Shown piece after piece: positions 39,231-50,358 of a DNA stretch of 64,000 nt (positions within the stretch are counted from its first letter, which is position 1; each line of letters starts with the position of its first letter). Origin of the DNA: an uncultured Syntrophorhabdus sp. (GTDB lineage Bacteria; Desulfobacterota; BSN033; UBA1163); contig CAYZFX010000007.1 in assembly GCA_964477935.1 (NCBI GenBank), positions 21,553-85,552 on the forward strand, read 5' to 3'. The notes below the pieces were generated by a model. The model was not told where the DNA came from. It saw nothing but the letters and a program-made list of their open reading frames with translations, and did not search any database. Position numbers and translations under genes: made by a program.

Positions 39231-40595
39231 TCAACCCGATCTCTTGGTCGCTATATTTTTGAAGATCTCCCAGCTTTTCAGAAGTTCGAGGGCGCGCTCG
39301 AGCTGGGGGTCGGGGGGTCTTTTCTCTCTCTCCCTCGTTTCGGTTTTCGGTTTTTCCTTCTCCAACCTCTCCTTTTCCTTCACGTCGATCAGGTGACGCT
39401 CCAGGTCTTTCTCTGTGGGCATCCTCGGAGGGGGGACCCCCTTCTCTTCCTCGGGAAGAGAGGGTTTGACGATGATGTCGGGGACGATCCCTTTGGCTTG
39501 AATCGATCGACCGTTGGGCGTGTAGTAGCGCGCGGTGGTCAGCCTCAACCCCGAACCGTCCTTCAAGGAGAAGATCGTCTGGACCGAACCCTTCCCGAAA
39601 GTCTGGGTGCCGAGGATGATCCCCCGACCGTGATCCTGAATGGCGCCGGCCACGATCTCCGCCCCGCTGGCACTCCCACCATTGACCAGGACGACGAGGG
39701 GATAACGGGCCAGTGATTCGTCCTGGGGCTGTGCATGAAACCTCATCTTCTGCTCTTCCCGTCTTCCTTCGATCGAGACGATGAGCCCCGACTCGAGGAA
39801 CCGATCCGCCACCTTCACCGCCTGATCTAACAACCCCCCAGGGTTGTTTCGCAGATCGAGGATCAACCCCTTCAGGTTCCCCTTGGTCTCCTCCTCGATG
39901 GCTTTGATCGCCCTCTGAAATTCGCTTTCGGTCTTCTCCTGAAACTGGGAGAGACGGATATAACCGTACTGTTTTTCGAGGACCTCGTAACGAACGCTTC
40001 GGATCGGGATCACATCGCGGATCAATGAAAATTCCCGGGGTTTGGTAAATCCCTCTCTCATGATGGTGAGGGTGACCTTCGTCCCCTTTGGCCCCCTCAT
40101 CCGTTTGACCGCATCCATCAGGGTGAGATTCTTGGTGGGTTCTCCATCGATCCTCAGGATCTGGTCTCCTGCCTGGATGCCTGCCCGGTAGGCCGGTGTA
40201 TCCTCGATCGGAGAAACGACGGTGAGCACACCATCGCGGATGGTGATCTCGATCCCCAACCCCTCAAACCGGCCTTTGGTCTCCTCCTGCATCTCCTTAA
40301 ACATCTGGGGAGGGAGAAAAGCGGAATGAGGATCCAGGGTCTCCAGCATCCCCTTGATGGCGCCGTAGATGAGATCCTTCGATTTGGTCTCTTCCACATA
40401 CTCCTTCTGAAGAAGGCTCAGGACATCGGCGAAGACCCTCAGATCTTCGTAGGTCGGATTGGAAAGGGCCGAGACCTTGTGAGAACGGCCCAATCCAACC
40501 GTCACGCCCAGGATAAAGAATAGGCAGACTACAATGATGATCTTGGCTTGTTTCATTCCTCTCCTCTCCATCATATCTTCCTCCCTGTCGCTCAT
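39231..40595 (-). CDS. ctpA: Carboxyl-terminal processing (S41) protease with PDZ
   Basis: GLILDLRNNPGGLLDQAV S41 active-site region, with a PDZ domain upstream of it. Confidence 0.85.
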   Translation of the reverse strand: MSDREEDMMERRGMKQAKIIIVVCLFFILGVTVGLGRSHKVSALSNPTYEDLRVFADVLSLLQKEYVEETKSKDLIYGAIKGMLETLDPHSAFLPPQMFKEMQEETKGRFEGLGIEITIRDGVLTVVSPIEDTPAYRAGIQAGDQILRIDGEPTKNLTLMDAVKRMRGPKGTKVTLTIMREGFTKPREFSLIRDVIPIRSVRYEVLEKQYGYIRLSQFQEKTESEFQRAIKAIEEETKGNLKGLILDLRNNPGGLLDQAVKVADRFLESGLIVSIEGRREEQKMRFHAQPQDESLARYPLVVLVNGGSASGAEIVAGAIQDHGRGIILGTQTFGKGSVQTIFSLKDGSGLRLTTARYYTPNGRSIQAKGIVPDIIVKPSLPEEEKGVPPPRMPTEKDLERHLIDVKEKERLEKEKPKTETREREKRPPDPQLERALELLKSWEIFKNIATKRSG

Positions 40596-41794
40596 CGCCT
40601 TCTCGGCTCCTCTCCTTCACCCGTAAAGGCCAGCCTCTCGGGCTGGGAGATCCAGTCCATCGGATCCTGGGCCCTCCCCTGGTGGCGGATTTCGAAATAG
40701 AGGGAGGGTCCTTTGAGGGCCCCTGCGCTTCCTACCAGGGCGATGGCCTCGCCCTGGGCCACGACCTCCCCGGCCTTCTTCATCAGGTGTGAACAGTATC
40801 CGGAAACGGTGAAGAGGTGATCGCCGTGGTCGATGATTACGATGTTTCCGAACCCTTTGAACCAGTCCGCAAAGACGACCTTCCCTGGCAGGATCGCCTT
40901 GATCTCCGTTCCCATTTCGGCCTGTATCTCGATGCCGTTCTGCCCCCTCTCCCGGAACAGGCTGATCACCTTCCCGTGAACCGGAGGGGGGAGCCTTCCT
41001 TTGAACTGTTCGGGTCTCATCTTGCCATAGGAGAGAAGGCTCTTCTCCCGCTCCAGCCTTTGAACGAGGGCCTGAAGGTTCTTGGCCCTCTCCTCAAGCT
41101 CTTCGATCAGCTGTTGGTAGACCTTCTTCTGGTCCTGAATCGATTTGAGAAGAGCCTGCTTCTCTTGCCGGATGGCCTCGATCTCGACCTTCTTCCTCTC
41201 CACCTCCAGGATGCTTCTCTCCCACTGGCGCTGATTCTCGGTCAGCTCCTCCTGAGAGCGCTCTTTCAATCCCAACTGGTATTGATAGGTTCCCACCAGA
41301 CGGGCATCCGATTGAAGGAGGGCTTTCATATACTGATCCACCTTCAGGAGATCGGAGAAGGAGGGAGAGGTCAGGACGATCGTCTCTGGAGGCGTCCGTC
41401 CCATCTTATAAAGGGCTATCAACCTCGAGAAGAATTCGCTCCGGATCCGTTCCAGCCCCCGATTGAGGATTGAAATCTGCTCACGGGTCTGCTTCAACCT
41501 CTCCCGGGTGCGGTGCAGCTCCCGTTCCATCTCCCTCAACTCTCTTTTCCTTTTGAAGAGCTCGGTCTCAAGCCGGTTGAGGGTATCGAGGATGGAGGTC
41601 TCTCTTCCCCGGATCTCCTTCTCCTTCTTCCGGGTTACCGAGATCTCTTTCCTGAGATTGCTCAGACTCTTCTTCTTCTCGGTGATGTCCTTCTCAAGCT
41701 GATCCTTTCGGCTCCCCTCCACCGAAGAAAGGGTCATCAGAAGAATCGCTCCGGCCACCATCGTGAAGACCGAAAGCTTCCCTCCCCGTCTCAT
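40592..41794 (-). CDS. envC: Coiled-coil M23 (LytM) peptidase; murein hydrolase activator EnvC-like
   Basis: Long N-terminal coiled coil and a C-terminal M23 domain (IDHGDHLFTVSGY...). Synteny with ftsEX. Confidence 0.75.
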   Translation of the reverse strand: MRRGGKLSVFTMVAGAILLMTLSSVEGSRKDQLEKDITEKKKSLSNLRKEISVTRKKEKEIRGRETSILDTLNRLETELFKRKRELREMERELHRTRERLKQTREQISILNRGLERIRSEFFSRLIALYKMGRTPPETIVLTSPSFSDLLKVDQYMKALLQSDARLVGTYQYQLGLKERSQEELTENQRQWERSILEVERKKVEIEAIRQEKQALLKSIQDQKKVYQQLIEELEERAKNLQALVQRLEREKSLLSYGKMRPEQFKGRLPPPVHGKVISLFRERGQNGIEIQAEMGTEIKAILPGKVVFADWFKGFGNIVIIDHGDHLFTVSGYCSHLMKKAGEVVAQGEAIALVGSAGALKGPSLYFEIRHQGRAQDPMDWISQPERLAFTGEGEEPRRR

Positions 41795-41797
41795 CCT

Positions 41798-42703
41798 TCA
41801 GAGCTGCCTGTACCTCAAAAATTTCATCGCCGCCACCCAGCTTCCAAAAAGCCCCAGGAGCCCCCCTCCGGTAAGAATCCAAGCTACGGTCTCTCCCGGA
41901 AGAAAATGGAGCGGAAGGTCGGCCATCCATCCCTTCATTAAAGGGGTGAGGGCCACCCGGACGACCTTATATAAGAGAAGAAGAAGCCCCAGGGCCATCC
42001 CTGCTCCGAGGAGCCCCTGGATCACCCCTTCGAGATAGAACGGGATCTGGATGTAAACCGGGCTCGCCCCTGCCATCTGCATCGCCTCGATCTCCTCTTT
42101 CCGAGAGGAGATGCTCAGCTGGAGGGTATTAGAGACGATGAAGATGATCGCCACCAGCAGGAGGCCTCCCAAGATCCACTGGGTGAGCCGAACGATGTTG
42201 ACCAGGACCGAGAAGGTCTCCATCCACTCCTGGCCGTAACGGATCTCCTCGATCGCCGAAATCCGTTTCAGATGGCCCACCACCTCTTCCATCTTCGTCC
42301 TCCCCCAGTAGTCCTTCTTCAGTCGAATCTCGATGGAGGCGGGAAAGATGGAGGGCTGAACGCCCTCAAGGAGGTTCTTCTGGGGACCGAGTTTCGCCTC
42401 CATAAACGCCATGGCGTCGAAGGGTGAAAGGTAATTGACCGTCTCCACCCCATCCACCTCGCGGATCCTTTTCAACAGGGCCTCCACCTCCGCGAGCGAT
42501 GTCTCGCGCTTGAGGTAGGCGATCACCTCGAACCTTTCCCCCCATCTCTCGAGGAGTAAGGTGAGGTTGAGGCCGATCAGGGAAAAGGAGAGGAGGATGA
42601 GAAGGGAGATGCCGATGACCGCGATGATCGCCAGGTTGGGGAAGAGATTGCCCTTCATGTTTCGGAGGGCTCTCCGTATCGCATCTCCCCAGAAAGAGAT
42701 CAT
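41798..42703 (-). CDS. ftsX: Cell-division ABC transporter permease FtsX
   Basis: 301 aa, four TM helices with a large periplasmic loop. Overlaps ftsE by 4 nt. Confidence 0.8.
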   Translation of the reverse strand: MISFWGDAIRRALRNMKGNLFPNLAIIAVIGISLLILLSFSLIGLNLTLLLERWGERFEVIAYLKRETSLAEVEALLKRIREVDGVETVNYLSPFDAMAFMEAKLGPQKNLLEGVQPSIFPASIEIRLKKDYWGRTKMEEVVGHLKRISAIEEIRYGQEWMETFSVLVNIVRLTQWILGGLLLVAIIFIVSNTLQLSISSRKEEIEAMQMAGASPVYIQIPFYLEGVIQGLLGAGMALGLLLLLYKVVRVALTPLMKGWMADLPLHFLPGETVAWILTGGGLLGLFGSWVAAMKFLRYRQL

Positions 42704-43422
42704 CCCTCGGCGATCACCCCTTCTTCGTTTTCCCCATCCCCGCCCCTTCCTGTCCTCAGGCTGAAGACCCGGTAGGGATGGCGTTGAATCAGATGAGCGT
42801 CTTGGGTGGCCAGAAGGACGGTTGTCCCTTCCAGGTGTAGTTCGGAAAAGATCGCCATCACCCTTTCCGTCATCTCCTCATCGAGGGGGCCTGTGGGTTC
42901 GTCGGCCAGGATCAAAGCCGGTTTTCGAACCACTGCCCTTGCAATGGCTACTCGCTGCTGCTCCCCTGCGGAAAGGGAGAGGATGGGGTCGTCGGCTCTC
43001 TCCAGGAGCCCGATCTGGCTCAATCTCTCAAAAACCCGTCTCTGGATCTCTCGATGGGAATATCCGGCGACCTCAAGGGTGAGGGCAACATTCTCTTTCA
43101 CGTTCCGGTCGGTCAAAAGCCTGAAATCCGGAGAGACGATCCCCATCCTCTTTCTCAGCTGATCCACCTTCTTGAAACCGGGCTGAGTGAGGCGAAGGCC
43201 ATCGACGATCACTTCTCCGGCGGTGGCTTTTTCCGCACCGTAAAGAATGCGGAGGAGGCTGCTCTTCCCCGATCCGCTCGGCCCCTCAATGAAGACAAAT
43301 TCTCCTGGCTCAACTTCGAGATATAAATTCGAAAAGGCAGTGATCTGGTTCGGAAAGGTCTTCGAAACCGAAAAAAGTTGAATCATCAAATCCAAACTAA
43401 CATGATCCCCCTTTTTTTTCAA
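42700..43422 (-). CDS. ftsE: Cell-division ATP-binding protein FtsE
   Basis: Walker [10 protein letters not shown] and signature [14 protein letters not shown]. The ORF track begins at an upstream TTG; the true start is probably the MIQLF ATG. Confidence 0.9.
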   Translation of the reverse strand: MKKKGDHVSLDLMIQLFSVSKTFPNQITAFSNLYLEVEPGEFVFIEGPSGSGKSSLLRILYGAEKATAGEVIVDGLRLTQPGFKKVDQLRKRMGIVSPDFRLLTDRNVKENVALTLEVAGYSHREIQRRVFERLSQIGLLERADDPILSLSAGEQQRVAIARAVVRKPALILADEPTGPLDEEMTERVMAIFSELHLEGTTVLLATQDAHLIQRHPYRVFSLRTGRGGDGENEEGVIAEG

Positions 43423-43463
43423 GAAAACCCATGGGAAGGCTTTTGGGCTGTGCTCCTACTTTT

Positions 43464-44252
43464 TTATTCGCCTTTGAAGACCGGCCTCCGCTTCTCCACA
43501 AAGGCCCTGGCCGCCTCCTGGTGATCCCGGGTCTCGGAGAGGAGGGCTAACTGGGAGGAGATGTAATCGAGGTGGGATCTCAACGTGGAGGACTGGGCTT
43601 GATATACGGCCCGCTTCATCATCCGGACGGCAAGGGGGGGTCTGGAGGCAATCTTTTCTGCCAATTTCTTCGCCTCTTCCATCAAACGGTCATGGGGTAC
43701 AACCTGATTGACCAGGCCGATCCTTAAGGCCTCTTCGGGCGAGATCACATCTCCGGTGAGCAAAAGCTCCAAGGCCTTTCCCAGTCCCACCAGTTTCGGC
43801 AGAAGATAAGCCCCACCGTCTCCCGGAACAAGTCCTAATAGAATGTAGGACTCAGAGAGTTTCGCCCGCTCCGAGCAGATCCTCAGATCGCACATCATCG
43901 CCATGTCCAGCCCCGCTCCCATGGCAGCCCCGTTGATGGCCGCGATCACGGGCTTGTCGAGGTCCTCAAGGGCCAGGGCGATGCGATGAACACCCTCCCA
44001 TAAAAACCGCTTCATCTCCCAGAGCCGGAGTTTCCCCCCGGCCATGTCGCGGATATCCCCGCCGGAACAGAAGGCCTCGCCCTTTCCGGTGACGACGACA
44101 ACCCGAACCTGCTCGTCCGTCCTCGCTCTTTCGAGACATTCCCTCCAGAGCGTGATCATCTCCTCGCTGAAGGTGTTCTTCACTTCCGGCCGGTTCAGGA
44201 GGATCCAGGCAATAGGCCCTTCGACCTGATACAACACATGGGGTTCCCTCAT
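43464..44252 (-). CDS. Enoyl-CoA hydratase/isomerase (crotonase family)
   Basis: AAINGAAMGAGLDMAMMCDLRI crotonase signature. Confidence 0.85.
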   Translation of the reverse strand: MREPHVLYQVEGPIAWILLNRPEVKNTFSEEMITLWRECLERARTDEQVRVVVVTGKGEAFCSGGDIRDMAGGKLRLWEMKRFLWEGVHRIALALEDLDKPVIAAINGAAMGAGLDMAMMCDLRICSERAKLSESYILLGLVPGDGGAYLLPKLVGLGKALELLLTGDVISPEEALRIGLVNQVVPHDRLMEEAKKLAEKIASRPPLAVRMMKRAVYQAQSSTLRSHLDYISSQLALLSETRDHQEAARAFVEKRRPVFKGE

Positions 44253-44265
44253 CGTTGAGCTCCTC

Positions 44266-45747
44266 TCACGAATCCTCCCGATCTCCCTTGAGCCTCCATC
44301 TCAGATCTTTCAATAAATCCCCAAGGGTCCCCAGCGATCCGCCCTGCTCGGTCTCCTTCATATATCGATCGAACACCGCTCGATCCTCCCTCTCCTCCAA
44401 GGCCTTCTGAGAGAGCCTGATCTTTCCATCCTCCTCGACCGAGAGGACGACCACATCGGTTTCGGTCCCCCTGGGAAACCTCTTCTTCACCTCCCCTTTC
44501 TCAGTGGATCTCAGTTCTTCCAGGGGCAGAAGTCCCTTCACCTTCGCCCCGATCTGCGGAAGTCGAATAAAGAGGCCATAGGGTTTGATCTCTTCCACGA
44601 TACCCTTCAAAACCTGCCCGGGTTCGAGACGCACTTTTTCGGAACCCCCTGCCCTCTCCATCCTTCTCCTCAGCTCGGCTTCCTTGATCGAGAGGGAGAT
44701 CCGCCTCGTCTCAGGGTCGACACCGAGTACGAGAACCTCCACCTCCTCCCCTACCTTCAAGACCTGTTTGGGATGGGCCACCCGTTCATAACGGATCTCG
44801 GAGATGTGAACCAGACCATCCACACCGGGCGCCACCTCGACGAAAACACCGAAATCGGTCAGCCGGGCCACCTTTCCGCGAATGATCTCTCCCTCCTCGA
44901 AACCGAGCCCCTTCTCCCAGGCGTCGGGTTCGAGGGCCTTGATGGAGAGAGAGATTTTGGGCCTCCCCTCTCTGTCCGGTTCCACCCTCAACACCTTTAC
45001 CCGAACGGCCTGGCCCACCTGGAGCACTTCAGAGGGATGTTCAATCCTTCCGTGAGCGACCTCCGAGATGTGGACCATTCCTTCAACGCCTCCCAGATCC
45101 ACGAATGCACCGAAGCTCGTCAACTTCGTCACCCTCCCATCACATTCAAGGTCGGGCTTCAATCTCTCAAGGGTCGCCTTGGCTAACTTCTCCTGTTCCT
45201 CCTCCAGGATCACCCGGCGTGAAACAATGATGTTCCTTCCTTTCTCCTTAATCTCCATGATGCGGAACGGGTATCTCGCTCCCAGATGGACCTCGGGCTT
45301 TTCTGTGAAGATCAGATCGATCTGACTCAGCGGACAGAAGGCCCGAACCCCTGAAAGGTCGATCTCAAAACCTCCTTTGACGACGCCTGAGACTCTTCCT
45401 TCAACGGGGAGGAGATTCTCCTTGGCCTCGCGCAAGAGCTCAAGGGTATCCGCACCCTGTATCCTCATTCCCCGGGTGAGATAGATGCCGTCTTTGACAG
45501 AGGCCACCCGCATCTCAACGCGATCTCCCGGCTTGATGGTCAGGTTCCCCTTCCCATCTATAAACTCGCCGATATCGGCAATCCCCTCGCTCTTTCCGCC
45601 GAGATCGATGAAGACCGCTTCCTTACCGACCTTTGCGACGATTCCGGAAACCCTCTCGCCCGGCCGAACCCTCTGGCTCGGCCTCTCATAGCTGGCTTTT
45701 AAAAGCTCTTCAAAACTGGTCTCTTCCTTCAACTCTCTTTTTACCAT
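44266..45747 (-). CDS. S1 RNA-binding multi-domain protein (ribosomal protein S1-like)
   Basis: 493 aa with about five to six tandem S1 domains. Confidence 0.75.
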   Translation of the reverse strand: MVKRELKEETSFEELLKASYERPSQRVRPGERVSGIVAKVGKEAVFIDLGGKSEGIADIGEFIDGKGNLTIKPGDRVEMRVASVKDGIYLTRGMRIQGADTLELLREAKENLLPVEGRVSGVVKGGFEIDLSGVRAFCPLSQIDLIFTEKPEVHLGARYPFRIMEIKEKGRNIIVSRRVILEEEQEKLAKATLERLKPDLECDGRVTKLTSFGAFVDLGGVEGMVHISEVAHGRIEHPSEVLQVGQAVRVKVLRVEPDREGRPKISLSIKALEPDAWEKGLGFEEGEIIRGKVARLTDFGVFVEVAPGVDGLVHISEIRYERVAHPKQVLKVGEEVEVLVLGVDPETRRISLSIKEAELRRRMERAGGSEKVRLEPGQVLKGIVEEIKPYGLFIRLPQIGAKVKGLLPLEELRSTEKGEVKKRFPRGTETDVVVLSVEEDGKIRLSQKALEEREDRAVFDRYMKETEQGGSLGTLGDLLKDLRWRLKGDREDS

Positions 45748-45807
45748 CCTTTTTCTTTTCTTTTGCCTTCAACCCTGGGGCACCCCAAATTTCGGGGGAA
45801 GCGGGTT

Positions 45808-46305
45808 TCACATCTTCCCCTCCTCATGAAATCGTTTAAATCGCTCCTGAGATTCCCTGATGATCCGGAGAGCAGAGTCGCGATCCTCCCAGCCTTCCAC
45901 ACCCGTTTTTTTCTTCTCCAGTTCCTTATAGATGGAGAAAAAATGCTCGATCTCTTTCAGCAGGTGGGGAGGAATATCGGAGAGCGATTCGATAGGGTTC
46001 CAGAGAGGGTCGTGAAGAGGTACACAGAGAATCTTTTCATCCGGCCCTTTCTCATCCCTCATCTTGAACAACCCCACGGGTTTTGCCTCAATGATACAGC
46101 CCGGGAAGGTGGGTTCCCAGAACAGCACCAGGGCATCGAGGGCATCTCCGTCCAAGGCCAGGGTCTCCTGGATGAAGCCATAATCGCTTGGGTAATGGAC
46201 CGACGAAAAGAGCATCCGGTCGAACTTCAGCCTCTTATGGACCTTATCATATTCGTATTTATTCCGGCTCCCCTTGGGAATTTCAATCATAACGCTGACA
46301 ATCAT
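45808..46305 (-). CDS. ppa: Inorganic pyrophosphatase (family I)
   Basis: VMIEIPKGSRNKYEYD and DGDALDALV metal-binding motifs. Confidence 0.95.
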   Translation of the reverse strand: MIVSVMIEIPKGSRNKYEYDKVHKRLKFDRMLFSSVHYPSDYGFIQETLALDGDALDALVLFWEPTFPGCIIEAKPVGLFKMRDEKGPDEKILCVPLHDPLWNPIESLSDIPPHLLKEIEHFFSIYKELEKKKTGVEGWEDRDSALRIIRESQERFKRFHEEGKM

Positions 46306-46336
46306 CTTCTGTCCTTTGAGATTAAGCCGATGGCTC

Positions 46337-47092
46337 TCACTTCTTCTCCTGAATGGAGATCAGTTCCACTTCGAAGATCAGGGTCGCATGGGGCCCGATC
46401 TGGGGGCCGGCTCCCCTCTCTCCATAGGCCAGCTGGGGCGGAATGAAGAGCTGCCATTTGGCACCCTCCTCCATCAACTGGAGGGCCTCGGTCCAGCCCG
46501 CGATCACCCCGTTGACAGGGAAGGTGGCAGGTTGGTTGCGGCGGTACGAACTGTCAAATTCGGTCCCGTCGATCAGGGTGCCTCTGTAATGGGTGGTGAC
46601 GGTATCGGTCAGTTTCGGTTTCCTGCCGCTCCCCTTTTTTAAGACCTTATACTGGAGGCCGCTGGGCAGGGTGACCACCCCTTCCTTCTTCCGGTTTTCT
46701 GCGAGAAAAGTCTCTCCCTCCTTCTTGTTCTTCTCCCCCATCTTTTTGGCCACCTCCTCCTGTTTCGTCTGCATCTCCTTCTGAAAAGCGGCGATCGTCT
46801 CCTTCATCTCCTGATCGGTCATCAGGGGTTTACTCCCCGAGAGACCGTCCCGGAGACCTCGGAGGAGGGCCTCCGGGTTGATCTCGATCGATTGTCGTTT
46901 CAGGTTCGTCCCGATATCGATCCCGATCACGTAACTGATTCGATCCTTCTGATCCTTCAAGGGTACGGCCGTCTGCCCCACTGTCTGGCTGCTAAAGAGA
47001 AGAAGTCCGATGATGACGAGCCCAAAATATTTCATAGGGTGCCCCCTTTCTCCAAACGTTCTGATTGAACCCCGCTTAAAAGGAATTAACAA
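46337..47092 (-). CDS. fkpA: FKBP-type peptidyl-prolyl isomerase (periplasmic, FkpA-like)
   Basis: C-terminal FKBP domain LQYKVLKKGSG...YRGTLIDGTEFDSS...GW. The likely start is MKYFGLV (signal peptide) near 47035. Confidence 0.9.
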   Translation of the reverse strand: MLIPFKRGSIRTFGERGHPMKYFGLVIIGLLLFSSQTVGQTAVPLKDQKDRISYVIGIDIGTNLKRQSIEINPEALLRGLRDGLSGSKPLMTDQEMKETIAAFQKEMQTKQEEVAKKMGEKNKKEGETFLAENRKKEGVVTLPSGLQYKVLKKGSGRKPKLTDTVTTHYRGTLIDGTEFDSSYRRNQPATFPVNGVIAGWTEALQLMEEGAKWQLFIPPQLAYGERGAGPQIGPHATLIFEVELISIQEKK

Positions 47093-47123
47093 TTCATTTT
47101 AAAAGGATATCCTCTGAAATGCA

Positions 47124-47148
47124 AAGAAAAAAAGGGCGTTCAGCCCTC
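47124..47148 (-). terminator. Rho-independent terminator after nuoN (GGGC-TGAAC-GCCC then UUUUUUU on the minus strand)
   Basis: GC hairpin followed by a 7-T run in minus-strand sense, about 50 nt past the nuoN stop. Confidence 0.6.
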
Positions 47149-47194
47149 TAAGGCGACGCTCCCTCTTCCCAAATTCCAAGAACTCCGATGCCTC

Positions 47195-48646
47195 TTACAT
47201 CAACCCTGCGATCGATTTCTGTGCGAATGAGAGGACATTGGCAGGAAAGATCCCCATGTAGAACGTCCCGATCAAGGCTAAAATCAGGGCGATCACCGGA
47301 GCCGGTGAAAACTGGAGACCGCTAATCTCCCGCTCCGGTTCCCTGAAATACATGAGCACCGTGACCCGGAGGTAGTAGTAGACGGAGATGGCGCTGTTGA
47401 GCACTCCGAGAATGGCCAGCCAGTAATACTTGGCCTCCACGGCTGCACTGAAGATATAGAATTTGGCCATGAATCCGCCCAGGGGAGGAATCCCTGCCAG
47501 GGAGAGGAGAAAGACGGTCATCGAGGCGGACAGGAGGGGATACTTGAAACCCACCCCAGCATAATCGGTGATCAGGGTGTTCTCCTCACCTTTCTTGCCG
47601 AGGAGGATGACGCAGGTGAAGGCGCCCAGATTCATAAAGGCATACGCCATGAGATAGAAGAGGATGGAGGAGGTCCCCAGTTTATTCCCGGCGACAAAGG
47701 CTACGAGGATATATCCTGCATGGGCAATGCTCGAGTAGGCCAGCATCCTTTTGATGTTGTTCTGGGAGATGGCGATGATGTTCCCCACCGTCATCGTCAA
47801 TACCGCAATGAGCCACATGATCGCAGTCCAGTCCGGTTGAAATGATGGAAGGGCGGTGAAGAAGACTCGGATCAGGGCTGAAAACCCGGCAGATTTGACG
47901 CCGGTGGCCATGAAGGCGGTCACCGACGTCGGCGCCCCCTCATAGACATCGGGCGTCCACATATGAAAGGGGACAGAAGCAATCTTGAAGCCGAAACCGA
48001 TGGTAAGAAAAGCAAGACTCATGAGGAGCATCGGATGATCGAGAAGTTTTTTCTCGGCAATGTAAGAGGCGATATCCTTGAGGTAAAGGGAGCCGGTGGC
48101 GCCATAGAGAAAAGCAATCCCGTAGAGCAAAAACCCTGTGGCAAATGCCCCAAGGAGGAAGTATTTGAAGGCCGACTCCACCGACTTCCGATTCTCTCTC
48201 ATCATTCCAGCCAGGATGTAGATGGAGAGGGACATCGTCTCCAGGCCGAGGAAGATGACGATCAAATGGGTTCCTGCGGCCATCAACATCATCCCGAGCG
48301 TAGCGAAGAGCAGGAGGCTGTAATATTCGCCGAACCCGATCCCCTCCCTCGTCACATAGCCCATCGAGATCAGGATGGTCAGAAACGCGATCAGGAGGAT
48401 CATGATCTTGAAGAAGAGGGCAAATCCATCGGAGGTGAACATCCCTTCAAACCCCATCTCTCCGGATCCCACAAGGGGAAGGGAATAGAAAAAGGCGAGG
48501 ACTACGCCGATCAGGCTGAGGATTCCGAGATATCCCTTCTTCTCCCCTCTGGGTCCAAAGACATCTACCAGAAGGACCAGAAATCCAAAGGCCGCGATGA
48601 TGATTTCCGGCGCTATGAGGTCAAGATCAATCTCTGGTAATTTCAT
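47195..48646 (-). CDS. nuoN: NADH-quinone oxidoreductase subunit N
   Basis: 483 aa antiporter-like subunit; NuoN-type N-terminus and TM profile. Confidence 0.9.
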   Translation of the reverse strand: MKLPEIDLDLIAPEIIIAAFGFLVLLVDVFGPRGEKKGYLGILSLIGVVLAFFYSLPLVGSGEMGFEGMFTSDGFALFFKIMILLIAFLTILISMGYVTREGIGFGEYYSLLLFATLGMMLMAAGTHLIVIFLGLETMSLSIYILAGMMRENRKSVESAFKYFLLGAFATGFLLYGIAFLYGATGSLYLKDIASYIAEKKLLDHPMLLMSLAFLTIGFGFKIASVPFHMWTPDVYEGAPTSVTAFMATGVKSAGFSALIRVFFTALPSFQPDWTAIMWLIAVLTMTVGNIIAISQNNIKRMLAYSSIAHAGYILVAFVAGNKLGTSSILFYLMAYAFMNLGAFTCVILLGKKGEENTLITDYAGVGFKYPLLSASMTVFLLSLAGIPPLGGFMAKFYIFSAAVEAKYYWLAILGVLNSAISVYYYLRVTVLMYFREPEREISGLQFSPAPVIALILALIGTFYMGIFPANVLSFAQKSIAGLM

Positions 48647-48769
48647 GAACTAAATCCTCCAATGAAGGGGGTCAAGGTTTTCAGGGTTCTTGGGCTCAAG
48701 TTCGAATCTCTCAAATGATCTTACTTTTTCAATCCCCTCGGTCACTCGAATCCTTTGACCCCTTGAACC

Positions 48770-50314
48770 CTACTCTCTAACCTCTGCAACGACCTTTGGG
48801 GCAGGCGCTTCCACTTTCCTTTCGATCTTCGTCTTCACGTCATTCAGGAACTTCTCCACGCTCGCATCCATCTTGGTGAAGAAGAGCTTGGGATAGATCC
48901 CCATGAGAAAGATGAGGGCAATCATGGGAAGGAGCGTGATGACCTCCCGCCCATGGAGGTCTTTCAACTTTTCGTTTTCGGGATGGGTGATCCTGCCGAA
49001 CATCACCCGCTGAAACATCCAGAGCATATAGGCCGCACCCAGGATCACTCCTGAGGCCGCTAAAACACCATAGACCGTATTGGTCTGAAAGGCACCGAGG
49101 AGGATGAGAAACTCTCCCACAAACCCATTCGTCCCGGGCAGCCCGATGGACGAAAGGGTGACGATCATAAAACAGGCAGCCAAAACCGGCATCACCTTCG
49201 AAATCCCCCCAAAGTCCGCGATCATCCGGGTATGCCTTCGCTCATAGAGCATCCCGACGATCAGGAAGAGGGAACCGGTGCTGATCCCGTGATTGAGCAT
49301 CTGATAGATCGACCCCTGCACACCCTGGGGATTGAAGGCGAACATACCGAGCATCACGTAGCCCAGGTGGCTGACGCTCGAGAAGGCCACCAGCCTCTTG
49401 AGGTCGGGCTGCATCATCGAGACCAGCGCCCCGTAGATGATCCCGATGAGGGCCAGAACCGAGATCAGAGGCATCAGATCAAAGGCCGCATTCGGAAACA
49501 GGGGAATGGCAAACCGGATAAATCCATAGGTCCCCATCTTGAGGAGGACGCCCGCCAGAATGACGCTCCCCGCCGTTGGCGCTTCGGTGTGCGCATCGGG
49601 CAACCACGTATGGAAAGGAAACATCGGCACCTTGATGGCAAAAGCCAGGGCAAAGGCTCCAAAGAGCCAGTACTGGGTGGAGACGGGAAGGCCCAACTGG
49701 TAGAGTTCGAGCACATCGAAGGTCCCCTTGCCGGTGGCGCTCCCATGGAGAAAATAGAGGGCCAGAATGGCCACCAGCATCAGCACGCTTCCGGCCATGG
49801 TGAAGAGGAAGAATTTAACGGCCGCATAGATCCGCCTTGCCGGATTGCCCCAGACGCCGATCAGGAGATACATGGGAATGAGCATCGCCTCCCAGAAGAC
49901 ATAGAAGAGGATGAGGTCGAGGGCGACCAAGGCACCGACCATCCCCGTCTCGAGAATAAGAAAGGAGATCATATACTCCTTGACCCGAAAGGTGATGGCC
50001 GTCCAGGAGCAGAGAACGCAGAGGACCGTCAGGAAGGTCGTCAGAAGCACGAGGAGAAGGCTGATGCCATCGATCCCGACCTTATAACTGATGCCATAGG
50101 CCTCCACCCACCACCAATCCTCCACGAACTGCATGGCCCCCGTGGTGGAATCGAATTTAAAGAAGAGAGGAAGGGAGGCCAGAAATTCGATCAGGGTAAT
50201 AATCAGGGTCGTCCCCCGGAGGGTTTCCTCCTTCTTCCAAAAGAGGAGCAGGATGGCCCCTCCAAGGGGAAAGAAAATCAGAAAGGATAGAATGGGGATA
50301 CCCAAGATGTCCAT
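48770..50314 (-). CDS. nuoM: NADH-quinone oxidoreductase subunit M
   Basis: 514 aa antiporter-like subunit. Confidence 0.9.
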   Translation of the reverse strand: MDILGIPILSFLIFFPLGGAILLLFWKKEETLRGTTLIITLIEFLASLPLFFKFDSTTGAMQFVEDWWWVEAYGISYKVGIDGISLLLVLLTTFLTVLCVLCSWTAITFRVKEYMISFLILETGMVGALVALDLILFYVFWEAMLIPMYLLIGVWGNPARRIYAAVKFFLFTMAGSVLMLVAILALYFLHGSATGKGTFDVLELYQLGLPVSTQYWLFGAFALAFAIKVPMFPFHTWLPDAHTEAPTAGSVILAGVLLKMGTYGFIRFAIPLFPNAAFDLMPLISVLALIGIIYGALVSMMQPDLKRLVAFSSVSHLGYVMLGMFAFNPQGVQGSIYQMLNHGISTGSLFLIVGMLYERRHTRMIADFGGISKVMPVLAACFMIVTLSSIGLPGTNGFVGEFLILLGAFQTNTVYGVLAASGVILGAAYMLWMFQRVMFGRITHPENEKLKDLHGREVITLLPMIALIFLMGIYPKLFFTKMDASVEKFLNDVKTKIERKVEAPAPKVVAEVRE

Positions 50315-50358
50315 GAACGGTACTCCTTCCCGCCAACAGGTCTTGCCTCATGGGGAGA